DNA from: Sedimentisphaeraceae bacterium JB056
GTDB taxonomy: Bacteria; Planctomycetota; Phycisphaerae; Sedimentisphaerales; Sedimentisphaeraceae
Direction of reading: 5' to 3'
Assembly (NCBI GenBank): GCA_044440125.1
Contig: JBITAJ010000029.1
Location: forward strand, 64,001 to 128,000
DNA: 64,000 bases
Shown here piece by piece: positions 9,876-18,774 of this stretch. Both the position numbers and the translations under genes were made by a program. Positions within the stretch are counted from its first letter, which is position 1. Each line of letters opens with the position of its first letter. Under the pieces are notes generated by a model. That model ran no database searches, was not told where the DNA came from, and worked only from the letters and a program-made list of their open reading frames with translations.

Positions 9876-10955
9876 TTACAGGCTTTCGAGTCGCTGCTGT
9901 TTGTCGTAGAGTTTGAGTGCTTCCACTACCTCATCCATTTCGCCTGCGATTATCTTGTCGAGGCTGTAGAGCGTGAGGTTTATACGGTGGTCGGTCAATC
10001 TGTTTTGCGGGAAGTTGTATGTACGGATTCGCTGTGAACGGTCGCCTGAGCCGATCATTGCCTTACGCTGCGAGTCTCTCTCGGCACGTTCCTTCGAGAT
10101 AAAGTGCTCATAGATACGGCTTCTCAGGATTCGCCATGCTTTTGAGCGGTTCTTGTGCTGGCTTTTCTCGTCACGCATGCTCACTGTGATGCCAGTCGGG
10201 ATATGCTCAAGCTTTATCGCACTGTTGATTTTGTTGACGCTCTGGCCGCCTGGGCCGCCTGCACGGCTTACGTGCTCAACCACATCGTTGGGGTTGATGT
10301 CAACTTCCACTTCTTCGGGTTCGGGCATGATGGCTACAGTTGCCGCGGAAGTATGAATTCTGCCCTGAGTCTCAGTCTCGGGTACTCTCTGAACCCTGTG
10401 TCCGCCGCCTTCATATCCAAGAGCTGACCATACGCCGGGGCCCTTTATACTGGCGATAACTTCCTTAAGGCCGCCTTTTTCCATACCTGAAAGCGAAATT
10501 ACTTCCACTTTCCATTTATTCTTATCGGAATATCGGCTGTACATCTCGAAGAGGTCGCGTGTGAAAAGGGCTGCCTCATCGCCGCCGGTTCCAGGACGAA
10601 TCTCAAGAATAACAGAATCAATGACCGCATCATCAGCCATTACAAGCTCATCTTTGATTTGCTGGAGTGTGCTTTCGCTTTTTTCCTGAAGCTCGGCGAT
10701 TTCAATTTCAGCAAGTTCGGCCATTTCCGGGTCTTCAAGCAGCTCTTGTGAACCTTCAATGCCCTCAATAGCATCTTTATAGCTGCGATAAAGAGATATC
10801 ACCGGACGAAGCTTGGCCTGTTCCTTTGTGAGAGGAATAAGCTTACTGTGGTCGCTTGATATTGCAGGGTCGAGTATTTGATCTTCAATACTGCTGTATC
10901 TTTGCTCGAGCTCGTCAAGTTTTGCTATAATTCGCTGGTTCTGATCTGTAGACAT
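9876..10955 (-). CDS. prfA: Peptide chain release factor 1
   Basis: HRVQRVPETE (PxT), GGQ and IRTYNFPQNR. Confidence 0.97.
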   Translation of the reverse strand: MSTDQNQRIIAKLDELEQRYSSIEDQILDPAISSDHSKLIPLTKEQAKLRPVISLYRSYKDAIEGIEGSQELLEDPEMAELAEIEIAELQEKSESTLQQIKDELVMADDAVIDSVILEIRPGTGGDEAALFTRDLFEMYSRYSDKNKWKVEVISLSGMEKGGLKEVIASIKGPGVWSALGYEGGGHRVQRVPETETQGRIHTSAATVAIMPEPEEVEVDINPNDVVEHVSRAGGPGGQSVNKINSAIKLEHIPTGITVSMRDEKSQHKNRSKAWRILRSRIYEHFISKERAERDSQRKAMIGSGDRSQRIRTYNFPQNRLTDHRINLTLYSLDKIIAGEMDEVVEALKLYDKQQRLESL

Positions 10956-11032
10956 TGGGGCATCTCAATTTAGATGAAAAATGGTTTTGTATCACTTAAA
11001 CATTGTTAATGTAACCATTTATGATGCTTGTA

Positions 11033-11077
11033 GAAAAAACTACGCTACCGAAGATGGCGCGCATCGACGGTAGCGTA
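11033..11077 (-). terminator. Intrinsic terminator after rpmE
   Basis: Stem TACGCTACCG/CGGTAGCGTA followed on the minus strand by GTTTTTTCT. Confidence 0.65.
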
Positions 11078-11100
11078 TGTGTAATAAACCTGAATCAGAA

Positions 11101-11325
11101 CTATTTCTTTTTAACTCTGTCAAGCAGACTTGAGCCGAATTTCTTCTGGAATCTTTCGATTCTACCGGCAGAGTCAATGAACTTCTGCTTACCCGTATAG
11201 AACGGGTGGCACATAGAACAAATTTCAGCATGGATTTCCTTTGCGGTGCTGCGTGTCTCGAAAGTATTGCCGCAACCACAATGAACCGTTACTGTGTCAT
11301 ATTTAGGATGTATATCTTTTTTCAT
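11101..11325 (-). CDS. rpmE: 50S ribosomal protein L31 (Zn-binding type)
   Basis: [29 protein letters not shown]. Confidence 0.97.
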   Translation of the reverse strand: MKKDIHPKYDTVTVHCGCGNTFETRSTAKEIHAEICSMCHPFYTGKQKFIDSAGRIERFQKKFGSSLLDRVKKK

Positions 11326-11620
11326 TTTATATCTCCATATTTTAAAATTAATGGGCAGATTATAACTAATGAGCGGTGCTTTTCAATGTTTTTTTTGAAA
11401 ACTAAGCATGCTTTTGCCTTTTTTTGGGCTCTGAACACTTATTAATGGCAGATAATCGTGCTGATATATAAGTTTTACGGATATTTCTCGATGATGTTTG
11501 TCTTTTTCTGCTTTATATTTGCTTTTAATTGCGAGTTGGGAAAAAGCTGTTTTGGGGCATGGATAGCTTTGCTCTTACACTGATATTCATTATATAGCTT
11601 AGTAATTCATACTATTTCAA

Positions 11621-11649
11621 TTGACGGTGAGTGCGATAGTTTGTATTAT
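11621..11649 (+). promoter_or_regulatory. Sigma70-type promoter
   Basis: TTGACG-17 nt-TATTAT. Confidence 0.55.
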
Positions 11650-11726
11650 AAAACTTGTATTCTTTGGCAAGTGTATACTGAATCGAGTTAAAATTTGGAG
11701 ATGAGGAATGAGTGAAAAAAGAAACT

Positions 11727-11758
11727 TGCCCCCTTAACTCCATGACCCCTTTAACTCC
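11727..11758. repeat. Tandem imperfect 15/16-bp repeat; inverted partner at 12411-12423
   Basis: TGCCCCCTTAACTCC a TGACCCCTTTAACTCC; the reverse complement of AATTAAAGGGGCA (12411-12423) is TGCCCCTTTAATT. Confidence 0.6.
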
Positions 11759-11769
11759 AGAGAATTGCA

Positions 11770-12375
11770 ATGAATAGGTTTAATATGAAAATAGTATCTA
11801 CAATCAAAAGTTGGATTCTTTCACATTTTGCATGTTTTGTGGGCGTATTACATGTATTTTATATATTATTTTTACATATGACAATTGAGGCATCCAGCGA
11901 TGGACAGGCCTCTATGGATTGGGCTTATGCAGGATTCTTAGATTTCCCGATTTCGCTTGTGAACAAAATTTCTATGAGACCTCTTTTGTGGCATTTGACC
12001 TTGGGAACAATTTATTTCATAGGCGTAACTTATTTCTACCATAAGATACTCGCAAGAATTAATGATTCAGTGTTGAAACATGTATTGTTTTATTTGCTAT
12101 TTTGCCCTACTTTATGCTCATGGCTTTATCTTTTATCTTACAATACTAACATCAAAGTACGTATAATCATTCAATCGATGCTAATTTTATTATGGCTTAT
12201 TTGTTATCTGGCTTCGATTTATAAATTTAAGTTAAAAGCCATAATTTATGTCTTGGCTTTTCCTGCAATTGTCTATTTTTTGGTGCGAGACTTACTGCTT
12301 ATTTATATTAGCCAAGTTAGCGATTATGAATCTGTTTGGTATGAAATATTTTATCATATTGCCGGTTATCCTTAA
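11770..12375 (+). CDS. Orphan AT-rich membrane protein
   Basis: 201-aa hydrophobic ORF; no family recognised. Confidence 0.55.
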   Translation: MNRFNMKIVSTIKSWILSHFACFVGVLHVFYILFLHMTIEASSDGQASMDWAYAGFLDFPISLVNKISMRPLLWHLTLGTIYFIGVTYFYHKILARINDSVLKHVLFYLLFCPTLCSWLYLLSYNTNIKVRIIIQSMLILLWLICYLASIYKFKLKAIIYVLAFPAIVYFLVRDLLLIYISQVSDYESVWYEIFYHIAGYP

Positions 12376-12453
12376 ACTTTTCTCTTATAGCAAGCTATTA
12401 ATTGAGATGTAATTAAAGGGGCAGGTCTGCTCTGTAGAAAAGGTTGAGAAAAA

Positions 12454-13074
12454 GTGCATTCGCAAAAGCATGCGTTTTGTAAAATTAGAAATAGAGTAAT
12501 TAGTACTATGGTTGAAACAGAAAAAATATATAAGTTAGCTCTCAGGATTTTTGGTCTTTATTTTGCGGTACATTTGGTTTTGCGTTGTATTGCCTTGACT
12601 TTAATCATTGGTCTTTTATGCTTGACTAATATTCAAATAGAGATATTGAAACCTCTTGCAATGAATACTTCTGACGTTATAAGTTATTTGTTATTTGCAT
12701 TATTGTTTCTTAAACGCAATAAATATGTGGATAAAATTTACTATAATTCACTTGAATCAGAGAAGGGAAATGAATATACGCGATTAGCCTTGATTTCTGT
12801 GAAATTCACAATACTATTTTTTGTTTTGAAAATATTCAGAAATTTGCTAAGAATATTGACGATACTTGCAACGAGGTGTATTGGAAGATTTGGCAAGGGC
12901 AGCGATGATCTGTTCTTTTTACAGCATGATTTGCTCATGTTGGTTTATAAGGACAGTATCGTACCGCTAACTGTCCTTGGTTTAGTGCGTGATATTTCTA
13001 TAGATTTAACGGTGGCAATCCTGCTAATCGTGTTTGTTAAGAAAATAAAGAGATTTTTAGTCCCGGGAAAATAG
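12454..13074 (+). CDS. Orphan AT-rich membrane protein (start may be ATG 12508)
   Basis: 206-aa ORF with about 4 TM segments; no family recognised. Confidence 0.55.
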   Translation: MHSQKHAFCKIRNRVISTMVETEKIYKLALRIFGLYFAVHLVLRCIALTLIIGLLCLTNIQIEILKPLAMNTSDVISYLLFALLFLKRNKYVDKIYYNSLESEKGNEYTRLALISVKFTILFFVLKIFRNLLRILTILATRCIGRFGKGSDDLFFLQHDLLMLVYKDSIVPLTVLGLVRDISIDLTVAILLIVFVKKIKRFLVPGK

Positions 13075-13220
13075 GGACGTTTACTAATTTATTGAGCAAT
13101 TCAATCCCATATCATCCTTATATTAAAGTCTTTACACCACTTTAAGGGGTAACTGTCCCCTGTTTTGGAGAGAGTCTGCTATGATCCTGTAAATCCTGTT
13201 ATCTTGTCTGAAAAGAAATT

Positions 13221-13261
13221 CCAAAGCGGTTTTACGCTATCGCTTTCAACCGCACTCCAAA
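13221..13261. repeat. REP-like imperfect palindrome
   Basis: CCAAAGCGGTTTTACGCTATCGCTTTCAACCGCACTCCAAA, with a GCGGTT/AACCGC stem. Confidence 0.45.
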
Positions 13262-13410
13262 GGGCTACGCCTTCTGATTATTGATTTTGTTAAGATGTAG
13301 GGGCAGGTTTTTTATTATTAGTTGAAAAAAGCGAGTTTTTTTGGTATTATCTCCAGTTATGTGATTTTTATTGCAGTTGCATTTTATATTTATACAGGGA
13401 GAACTTTAAT

Positions 13411-14661
13411 ATGAAATTTGATATTACAAGACGTGATTTCCTGAGAACTGTTTCAGCGGCTTCGATAACAGCGGCGGCAGCAGGGAATGTTTTTGCGGAA
13501 GATGGAGAGAAGGCAGCCAAGGCAGAGGCTAAAGAAAGCAGTAAAAAAGACTCCAGATATCCAGAAGTTCCAAGGCGGACTCTTGGCAAGACTGGCATAA
13601 CTGTGCCGATATTATCGCTTGGCGCGATGTATAATGTAATAGATAACCAGGTTGGTCTGAGGAAAACCCTCGCTCACAATGCCAATTACTGGGATACTGC
13701 CCACTCCTATGCCGGCGGCAACAGTGAAATCGGCATCGGTAAGTTCTTTGAAAAATACCCTGAAAAGCGTGAGCAAGTCATAATTGCGACCAAGGCTTCA
13801 GGTGCAAAGACCTCCGAAGACAGGGATAGCCGTCTGGCAACGAGTTTTGAGCGTATGAATACTGATTATGTCGATATTTATTATGGCGTTCACGGCATGT
13901 CAAGCCCTGAGCAGCTCACTGATGAGCTGAAACAATGGGCAGCCAAGGCAAAAGAAGAGGGTAAGATAAAATTCTTCGGTTTTACTACTCACAAGAATAT
14001 GACTGAGTGTCTGAACGCCGCTGCCGAATGTGACTGGATCGATGTCATAATGACCAGCTTCAATTTCCGTCTCCTACAGGATAGTGCTTTCATGGCGGCT
14101 GTTGATAAATGTCATAAGGCCGGTATCGGACTTGTCGCGATGAAGGTTATGACACGCGGTCAGAGTTTTGAGAGTGATGATGATAAAGAGCTTCGCCGTG
14201 ATCTCAATGATCCGGGGCTTTCTGTTGCTCAGGCCAAGATCAAGATTGTGCTTGAAGATGAACGCATTGCTTCGGCTTGCATAGGAATGGACACTATCTC
14301 AAAGCTCAACGAGAATATCCGTGTTGCTCTTGAGCACGAAGACAAGAAGCTTTCGGAAGCTGACAAGGTTGCAATGGCAAGATTTGCGAATGAGACACAG
14401 GGCAGCTATTGTGCGGCTTGCGGAAAGTGTTCGACTGTTTCCCAGATGCCTTATACGCCGGAAGTTATGCGTTATGTTATGTATTACAACAATTATGGCG
14501 GCGCAGAAGACATGGCTATGGCAAGAGAGCTTTATTCTCAAATACCAAAGAGCTATCGTGATATGATTACAGGCTTTGATTACAGTGCGGCTGAAGCTTC
14601 ATGTCCGCAGGGCGTTAGGATAAGCAGTGTAATTGATGAGGCGGCAAGAAAACTTGCTTGA
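13411..14661 (+). CDS. Tat-exported aldo/keto reductase with C-terminal Fe-S-type Cys cluster
   Basis: TRRDFL Tat motif; RRTLGKTG, WDTAHSY and IIATK AKR motifs; CAACGKC...CPQG. Confidence 0.85.
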   Translation: MKFDITRRDFLRTVSAASITAAAAGNVFAEDGEKAAKAEAKESSKKDSRYPEVPRRTLGKTGITVPILSLGAMYNVIDNQVGLRKTLAHNANYWDTAHSYAGGNSEIGIGKFFEKYPEKREQVIIATKASGAKTSEDRDSRLATSFERMNTDYVDIYYGVHGMSSPEQLTDELKQWAAKAKEEGKIKFFGFTTHKNMTECLNAAAECDWIDVIMTSFNFRLLQDSAFMAAVDKCHKAGIGLVAMKVMTRGQSFESDDDKELRRDLNDPGLSVAQAKIKIVLEDERIASACIGMDTISKLNENIRVALEHEDKKLSEADKVAMARFANETQGSYCAACGKCSTVSQMPYTPEVMRYVMYYNNYGGAEDMAMARELYSQIPKSYRDMITGFDYSAAEASCPQGVRISSVIDEAARKLA

Positions 14662-14674
14662 TGAATACCATTAA

Positions 14675-14724
14675 TTTACCATGAAGCTCTTGAAGGACAT
14701 GAAGATATAATCAATCAGGAGAAA
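14675..14724. repeat. Left end of GxxExxY element (3x 9-bp units), directly repeated at 15208-15257
   Basis: TTTACCATGAAGCTCTTGAAGGACATGAAGATATAATCAATCAGGAGAAA vs TTTACCTTGAAGCTCTTGAAGAGCATGAAGATATAATTACTCAGGAGAAA. Confidence 0.85.
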
Positions 14725-14726
14725 GG

Positions 14727-15111
14727 ATGAAGGGGGGGAGTTAAATTTAGTGAATTATCTAATAAGGTTATTGGTTGCGCGATAGAAGTACATCAAACAC
14801 TGGGGCCTGGTTTACTCGAATCAGCATATCAGCAGTGTTTACATTTTGAATTGCTCTCAAATGGCCTTTCAGTTGAAACGGAGAAGCCATTGCCGGTGAT
14901 TTATAAAGGTGTGGAGCTTGATTGTGGTTATAGGATGGATATTGTAGTTGAGAATGAAATTATAATAGAGCTTAAAAGTGTCCAGAAAATTGAGCCTGTA
15001 CATGAGGCTCAGATTTTGTCCTATATGAAATTGTCGGGCATTAAGTATGGCTTTTTGATGAATTTTAACTCTGTACTACTTAAAGAAGGACTTAGAAGCT
15101 TTGTGCTGTAG
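14727..15111 (+). pseudogene. GxxExxY (PD-(D/E)xK-type) protein lacking an in-frame start; frameshift at a G7 run
   Basis: Frame reads VKFSELSNKVIGCAIEVHQTLGPGLLESAYQQCL...YRMDIVVE...IELKS. The ATG at 14727 (after AGGAGA) is out of frame by one base across G7. Confidence 0.75.
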
Positions 15112-15147
15112 TCTTTAATTCCGAATAGGCAATTAGAATTATTAGAA

Positions 15148-15173
15148 CTTCATGTCCTTTTGTACTTCATGGT
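15148..15173. repeat. Right (inverted) end of GxxExxY element
   Basis: CTTCATGTCCTTTTGTACTTCATGGT is the near reverse complement of ACCATGAAGCTCTTGAAGGACATGAAG. Confidence 0.8.
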
Positions 15174-15387
15174 GAGATATAAAATTTCTATTTTAAGTGT
15201 TTATCTGTTTACCTTGAAGCTCTTGAAGAGCATGAAGATATAATTACTCAGGAGAAATTACTTCATGGTGGTAACTTGGTGTTGCCAGCTTGACTTTTGA
15301 TTTATAATAGGTATGCTTTCGGGCGTACCTATTTTTTTTGTATTTTAAGTTATTTGTAATCGTTCACAATTATTTCAAGATTCATTA

Positions 15388-15837
15388 ATGGATAAAGTTA
15401 TAATTTATACTGATGGGGGCTGTTCGCCGAATCCCGGACCTGGAGGTTGGGGTGCGGTGCTTATATCTCCATCGCTCAATCATGAGAAACAGCTCTATGG
15501 TTCAGAACCTGACAGCACCAATAACCGAATGGAGTTGACTGCCGCAATAAAGGCTCTCGAGGCATTGAAAAGGCCTTGTAAAGTTCAGTTTTTTACAGAT
15601 TCTCAGTATCTGCAGAAGGCATTTACACAGGGCTGGCTTGAGAGTTGGCAGAAGAAAAACTGGCGCACGGCGGCAAAGAAACCGGTGAAAAACAAAGACT
15701 TATGGCTGGAGCTTCTCGATTTGACATCAACCCACCAAATCGAATGGCAATGGGTCAAAGGTCACTCCAACAATAAATACAACGAGATGTGCGATCAGCT
15801 CGTTCACAAGGCACGCAGTGAGATGAAAAGCAAATAA
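15388..15837 (+). CDS. rnhA: Ribonuclease HI
   Basis: IYTDGG.SPNPGPGGW, TNNRMEL, TDSQY, WVKGH, NEMCD. Confidence 0.97.
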   Translation: MDKVIIYTDGGCSPNPGPGGWGAVLISPSLNHEKQLYGSEPDSTNNRMELTAAIKALEALKRPCKVQFFTDSQYLQKAFTQGWLESWQKKNWRTAAKKPVKNKDLWLELLDLTSTHQIEWQWVKGHSNNKYNEMCDQLVHKARSEMKSK

Positions 15838-15880
15838 AAAGAGCCGCGATAATATATTAATTAATTTCGCGGCTCTTTTT
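15836..15880. terminator. Bidirectional intrinsic terminator
   Basis: AAAAAGAGCCGCGA...TCGCGGCTCTTTTT between convergent genes. Confidence 0.85.
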
Positions 15881-15885
15881 AACCT

Positions 15886-17004
15886 TTATTTTAAGAACGT
15901 ATAGGCCTCATCAAACATTGCAAGAACGTTTTCCATCTTGCAGTAGTTTGTGATTGTGTTGCCGCTGCCCATTGCGAATCTTCCTGTATTGAAGCATTTT
16001 TCGAGAATCTCTTTCGCACGTGTTCTTGTCTGTTCTACTGATCCGCCTGCCAGTATATCTACATCGAGCCCGCCGAGTATGGCGATTCTGTCGCTGTATT
16101 TAGCATAGATATCTTCCACCGGCATGATTATATCTTCGTATGACTGCTTGCCGTCAATTTTAACTTCATCGATCAGATAGTCCATGATTTCAAATAAATT
16201 GCCGCAGCTGTGCATAAAGTATATCTTGTCTTCTGAATGGGCTATCTCGGCTGCTTCCTTGTGGCCGGGAAGAGAATATTCTTTGAGGAAATCGGGACTC
16301 ATCATTGTTGATGTTTTGTAGCCCATATCATCGCCCTGAAATATGCCTTCAACGCGATCCATCTTGATTATTTTGGCATAGGCACTGTTTATCGTCTCAC
16401 GTACCTTATCAAAAACCATTTTCAGGAGTTTGGGGTTTTCAAACGACATCATTGCCATTGCTTCGTAACCGATGAGGTATTCCATCGGTATTTCGAGGTA
16501 GCCCGATTCCGGGCAGGATAATATAGCCATCCCCTCAGGCAGGTTTTGTGCCACGAAATCGTACATCCAGAGGTCCTCGTCTGTAACCTTGGGCCAGTCG
16601 ATCTTTTCGAAATCTTCCACGGTCTTTATCACGCCGTTTGTCATATTCGCCCAGTTACGGTCCCCCTTGCTTAGGTCAGAGGTGTTGGCTGTATAGAGCA
16701 TTGAGCCTATTGAGCTGAGGCGGCATCCGCCTACAACATGGATATAGTCATATCCCATTCGATGCCAGTATTCTATGTCGCAGAGCAGATGTTTTTTTTG
16801 CGTTTCCATATCATCAGATATCGGAAACCATTGTTTCTCGAAGATGTTTTCCGTGACCCATTGCATGACTTCCTGATCGGCAAAGAGTTCGCATAAGTGC
16901 ATCTTCTGGGGCTTGGCTTTACCAAGTATGACCTGCTTGAAGGCATCAAAGTCGGGAGCAGGTGATTTAATCTGCTCTTTAATACTCTGAGGTATATCAA
17001 TCAT
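15886..17004 (-). CDS. Uroporphyrinogen decarboxylase/MtaA-like family protein
   Basis: GDDMGYK, MHSCGN, ILGGLDVD and GSGN motifs of URO-D-like TIM barrels. Confidence 0.8.
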   Translation of the reverse strand: MIDIPQSIKEQIKSPAPDFDAFKQVILGKAKPQKMHLCELFADQEVMQWVTENIFEKQWFPISDDMETQKKHLLCDIEYWHRMGYDYIHVVGGCRLSSIGSMLYTANTSDLSKGDRNWANMTNGVIKTVEDFEKIDWPKVTDEDLWMYDFVAQNLPEGMAILSCPESGYLEIPMEYLIGYEAMAMMSFENPKLLKMVFDKVRETINSAYAKIIKMDRVEGIFQGDDMGYKTSTMMSPDFLKEYSLPGHKEAAEIAHSEDKIYFMHSCGNLFEIMDYLIDEVKIDGKQSYEDIIMPVEDIYAKYSDRIAILGGLDVDILAGGSVEQTRTRAKEILEKCFNTGRFAMGSGNTITNYCKMENVLAMFDEAYTFLK

Positions 17005-17269
17005 TATATCTCCATTTTACATAGGCGATACCTGTAAAGTCTATTTGGCATATGTGAATCTGAATTTTAATCAGATGTCAAGGCAAGATTGCCGTCTAAA
17101 CTTTTCAGCATGTATCTACGTTAAGATTCTTTGTTATAAACTGGAGTTATAATAACAGTTTTGGGTTGCTATTTCCTATATTTATAAATTAAGTTTATGT
17201 ACTTTTTTTAGTTTTTTGCAAAAAAGAGCCATCTTTAGAGTTAAATAAAGATAGCTTGAGGGGTAAAAT

Positions 17270-17305
17270 TAAGCAGGGACGAGTTTTGGATCTCGTCCCT
17301 GCTTA
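17270..17305 (-). terminator. Terminator of the TonB operon
   Basis: Perfect 14-bp stem TAAGCAGGGACGAG/CTCGTCCCTGCTTA downstream of the TPR gene. Confidence 0.7.
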
Positions 17306-17341
17306 GGAGTGTGGTATTAAATCACTAACTCATTTCGGGCA

Positions 17342-18766
17342 TTATTTTGCCCTTGTGACTCTCTCAATCTGCTCAATATATTGTTGTATATTGTCTCTCG
17401 GCTTAATCTGCTGTGCTCTTTTGAGAAGCGGAAGGGCATCTTCATACTTACCTGTTTTAACGAGAAGTTGTGCGTGACGTACTTTAGCATCAGCTTCAAA
17501 CCCATCAATATTTTCCGCACGCTCAAAGTAGAATACGGCTTTTTCCATTTCGCCGTTTCTGCTGCAGTGCTGGCCAAGAAGTATCAGAGCTTCGCCGTCA
17601 AGTGGGTCAAGTGCTACGATTTCCTCAAGAACTTCAGCCTCTTTACCATCATTGCCCTGAGCAACTGCGAGACGGGCCTGGATTTTCAGGAGATCTTTCT
17701 GTGTCTGCTGGTCGAGCTTGTCGCTGTAAACATCTTCAACTTTATTTATAAGAGCGGCAGTCTGCTCAAATGCTCCGCGTACGGATAGAATCTTAGCCGA
17801 CTGAATTGCGCGGTCTGGTTTCCGCTGCGGGTCTTTGTCGATTGCGGCGGCATACGACTTGACGGCAAGGTCGTAAAGTTCCTGATTTATATAGATGTCG
17901 CCAAGAAGGTTGAGGCTTTCAGGTGTTGACTTGCCAAGTGCGTCAACAAGCTCATATATCTCGGCAGCTTTGATCGGCTGATTGAGGCCGATGTAGGCAT
18001 TCGCCTGAAGCAGCCAGAGATCGCTGCTGTTTGGGTTGGAATCTATAAGCTGATCGCAAAGGGCAATCGCTTCTTCGTATCTTTGCTGCTTGAAGAAACT
18101 TCTGGCGAGTCCCATTTTCCAGTCGAGGGTTATAGGGTCCAGAAGTATTGCCATGCGGTAGGCCGATTCTGCACACATCGGATTGCCTATTGACGCATAA
18201 GAAAATCCGAGCAAGCCGTATGTGATAGAGTCGTTCGCTCCAAGTTCTATTGAGCGAGTGATTGTTTTTACCGCTTTTTCAAATTCTCCCTGACGTACGT
18301 ATATAAGCCCAAGGTTTTTCCATGCACGAAGGAATTTAGGGTATTTGTCTACTGCTGTCATGTATGTCTTGGCAGCTTTGTAGAGTTTTTCCTGTTGGAA
18401 ATAGATGTTGGCGAGTGTGAAATCAAATACCGCACTGCCTCCTTTTTCCTGTATCTTCTCAAGTTTGGTTATGGTTTCTTCCATCTTGTCTTCAGAGATC
18501 ATCTCAAGGATTTCCTGCATGTCTTTACGCTCATCAACAGTTACTCTCGGTTCGATATCTGTTTCGGCAATATAGCTTTCAGTGAAACGCTGCTGAAATT
18601 CTGAAGTATTCCATATTTCCAGGTTGGCATCATCAAGATGGAACTTAAGGTCTATACCGGCATTAACCGGTGAAGAAACTGCGGCTATGACAGATATTGC
18701 TATTGCTGAGTGAATCAGCCTTGATTTTATCGAAGCTGAAAATTTTGTAATCATTCTTTTTTTCAT
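17342..18766 (-). CDS. Secreted TPR protein (TtpD-like, TonB system-associated)
   Basis: Signal peptide; many TPR repeats (AWKNLGLIY, LWLLQANAY); last gene of the Ton cluster. Confidence 0.8.
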   Translation of the reverse strand: MKKRMITKFSASIKSRLIHSAIAISVIAAVSSPVNAGIDLKFHLDDANLEIWNTSEFQQRFTESYIAETDIEPRVTVDERKDMQEILEMISEDKMEETITKLEKIQEKGGSAVFDFTLANIYFQQEKLYKAAKTYMTAVDKYPKFLRAWKNLGLIYVRQGEFEKAVKTITRSIELGANDSITYGLLGFSYASIGNPMCAESAYRMAILLDPITLDWKMGLARSFFKQQRYEEAIALCDQLIDSNPNSSDLWLLQANAYIGLNQPIKAAEIYELVDALGKSTPESLNLLGDIYINQELYDLAVKSYAAAIDKDPQRKPDRAIQSAKILSVRGAFEQTAALINKVEDVYSDKLDQQTQKDLLKIQARLAVAQGNDGKEAEVLEEIVALDPLDGEALILLGQHCSRNGEMEKAVFYFERAENIDGFEADAKVRHAQLLVKTGKYEDALPLLKRAQQIKPRDNIQQYIEQIERVTRAK

Positions 18767-18774
18767 TTTGTTAT

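Noticed and set aside
14675..15257. 50-bp direct repeat as a CRISPR or IS target duplication
   Set aside because: Only two copies about 530 bp apart, too long for a TSD; better explained as duplicated element ends.
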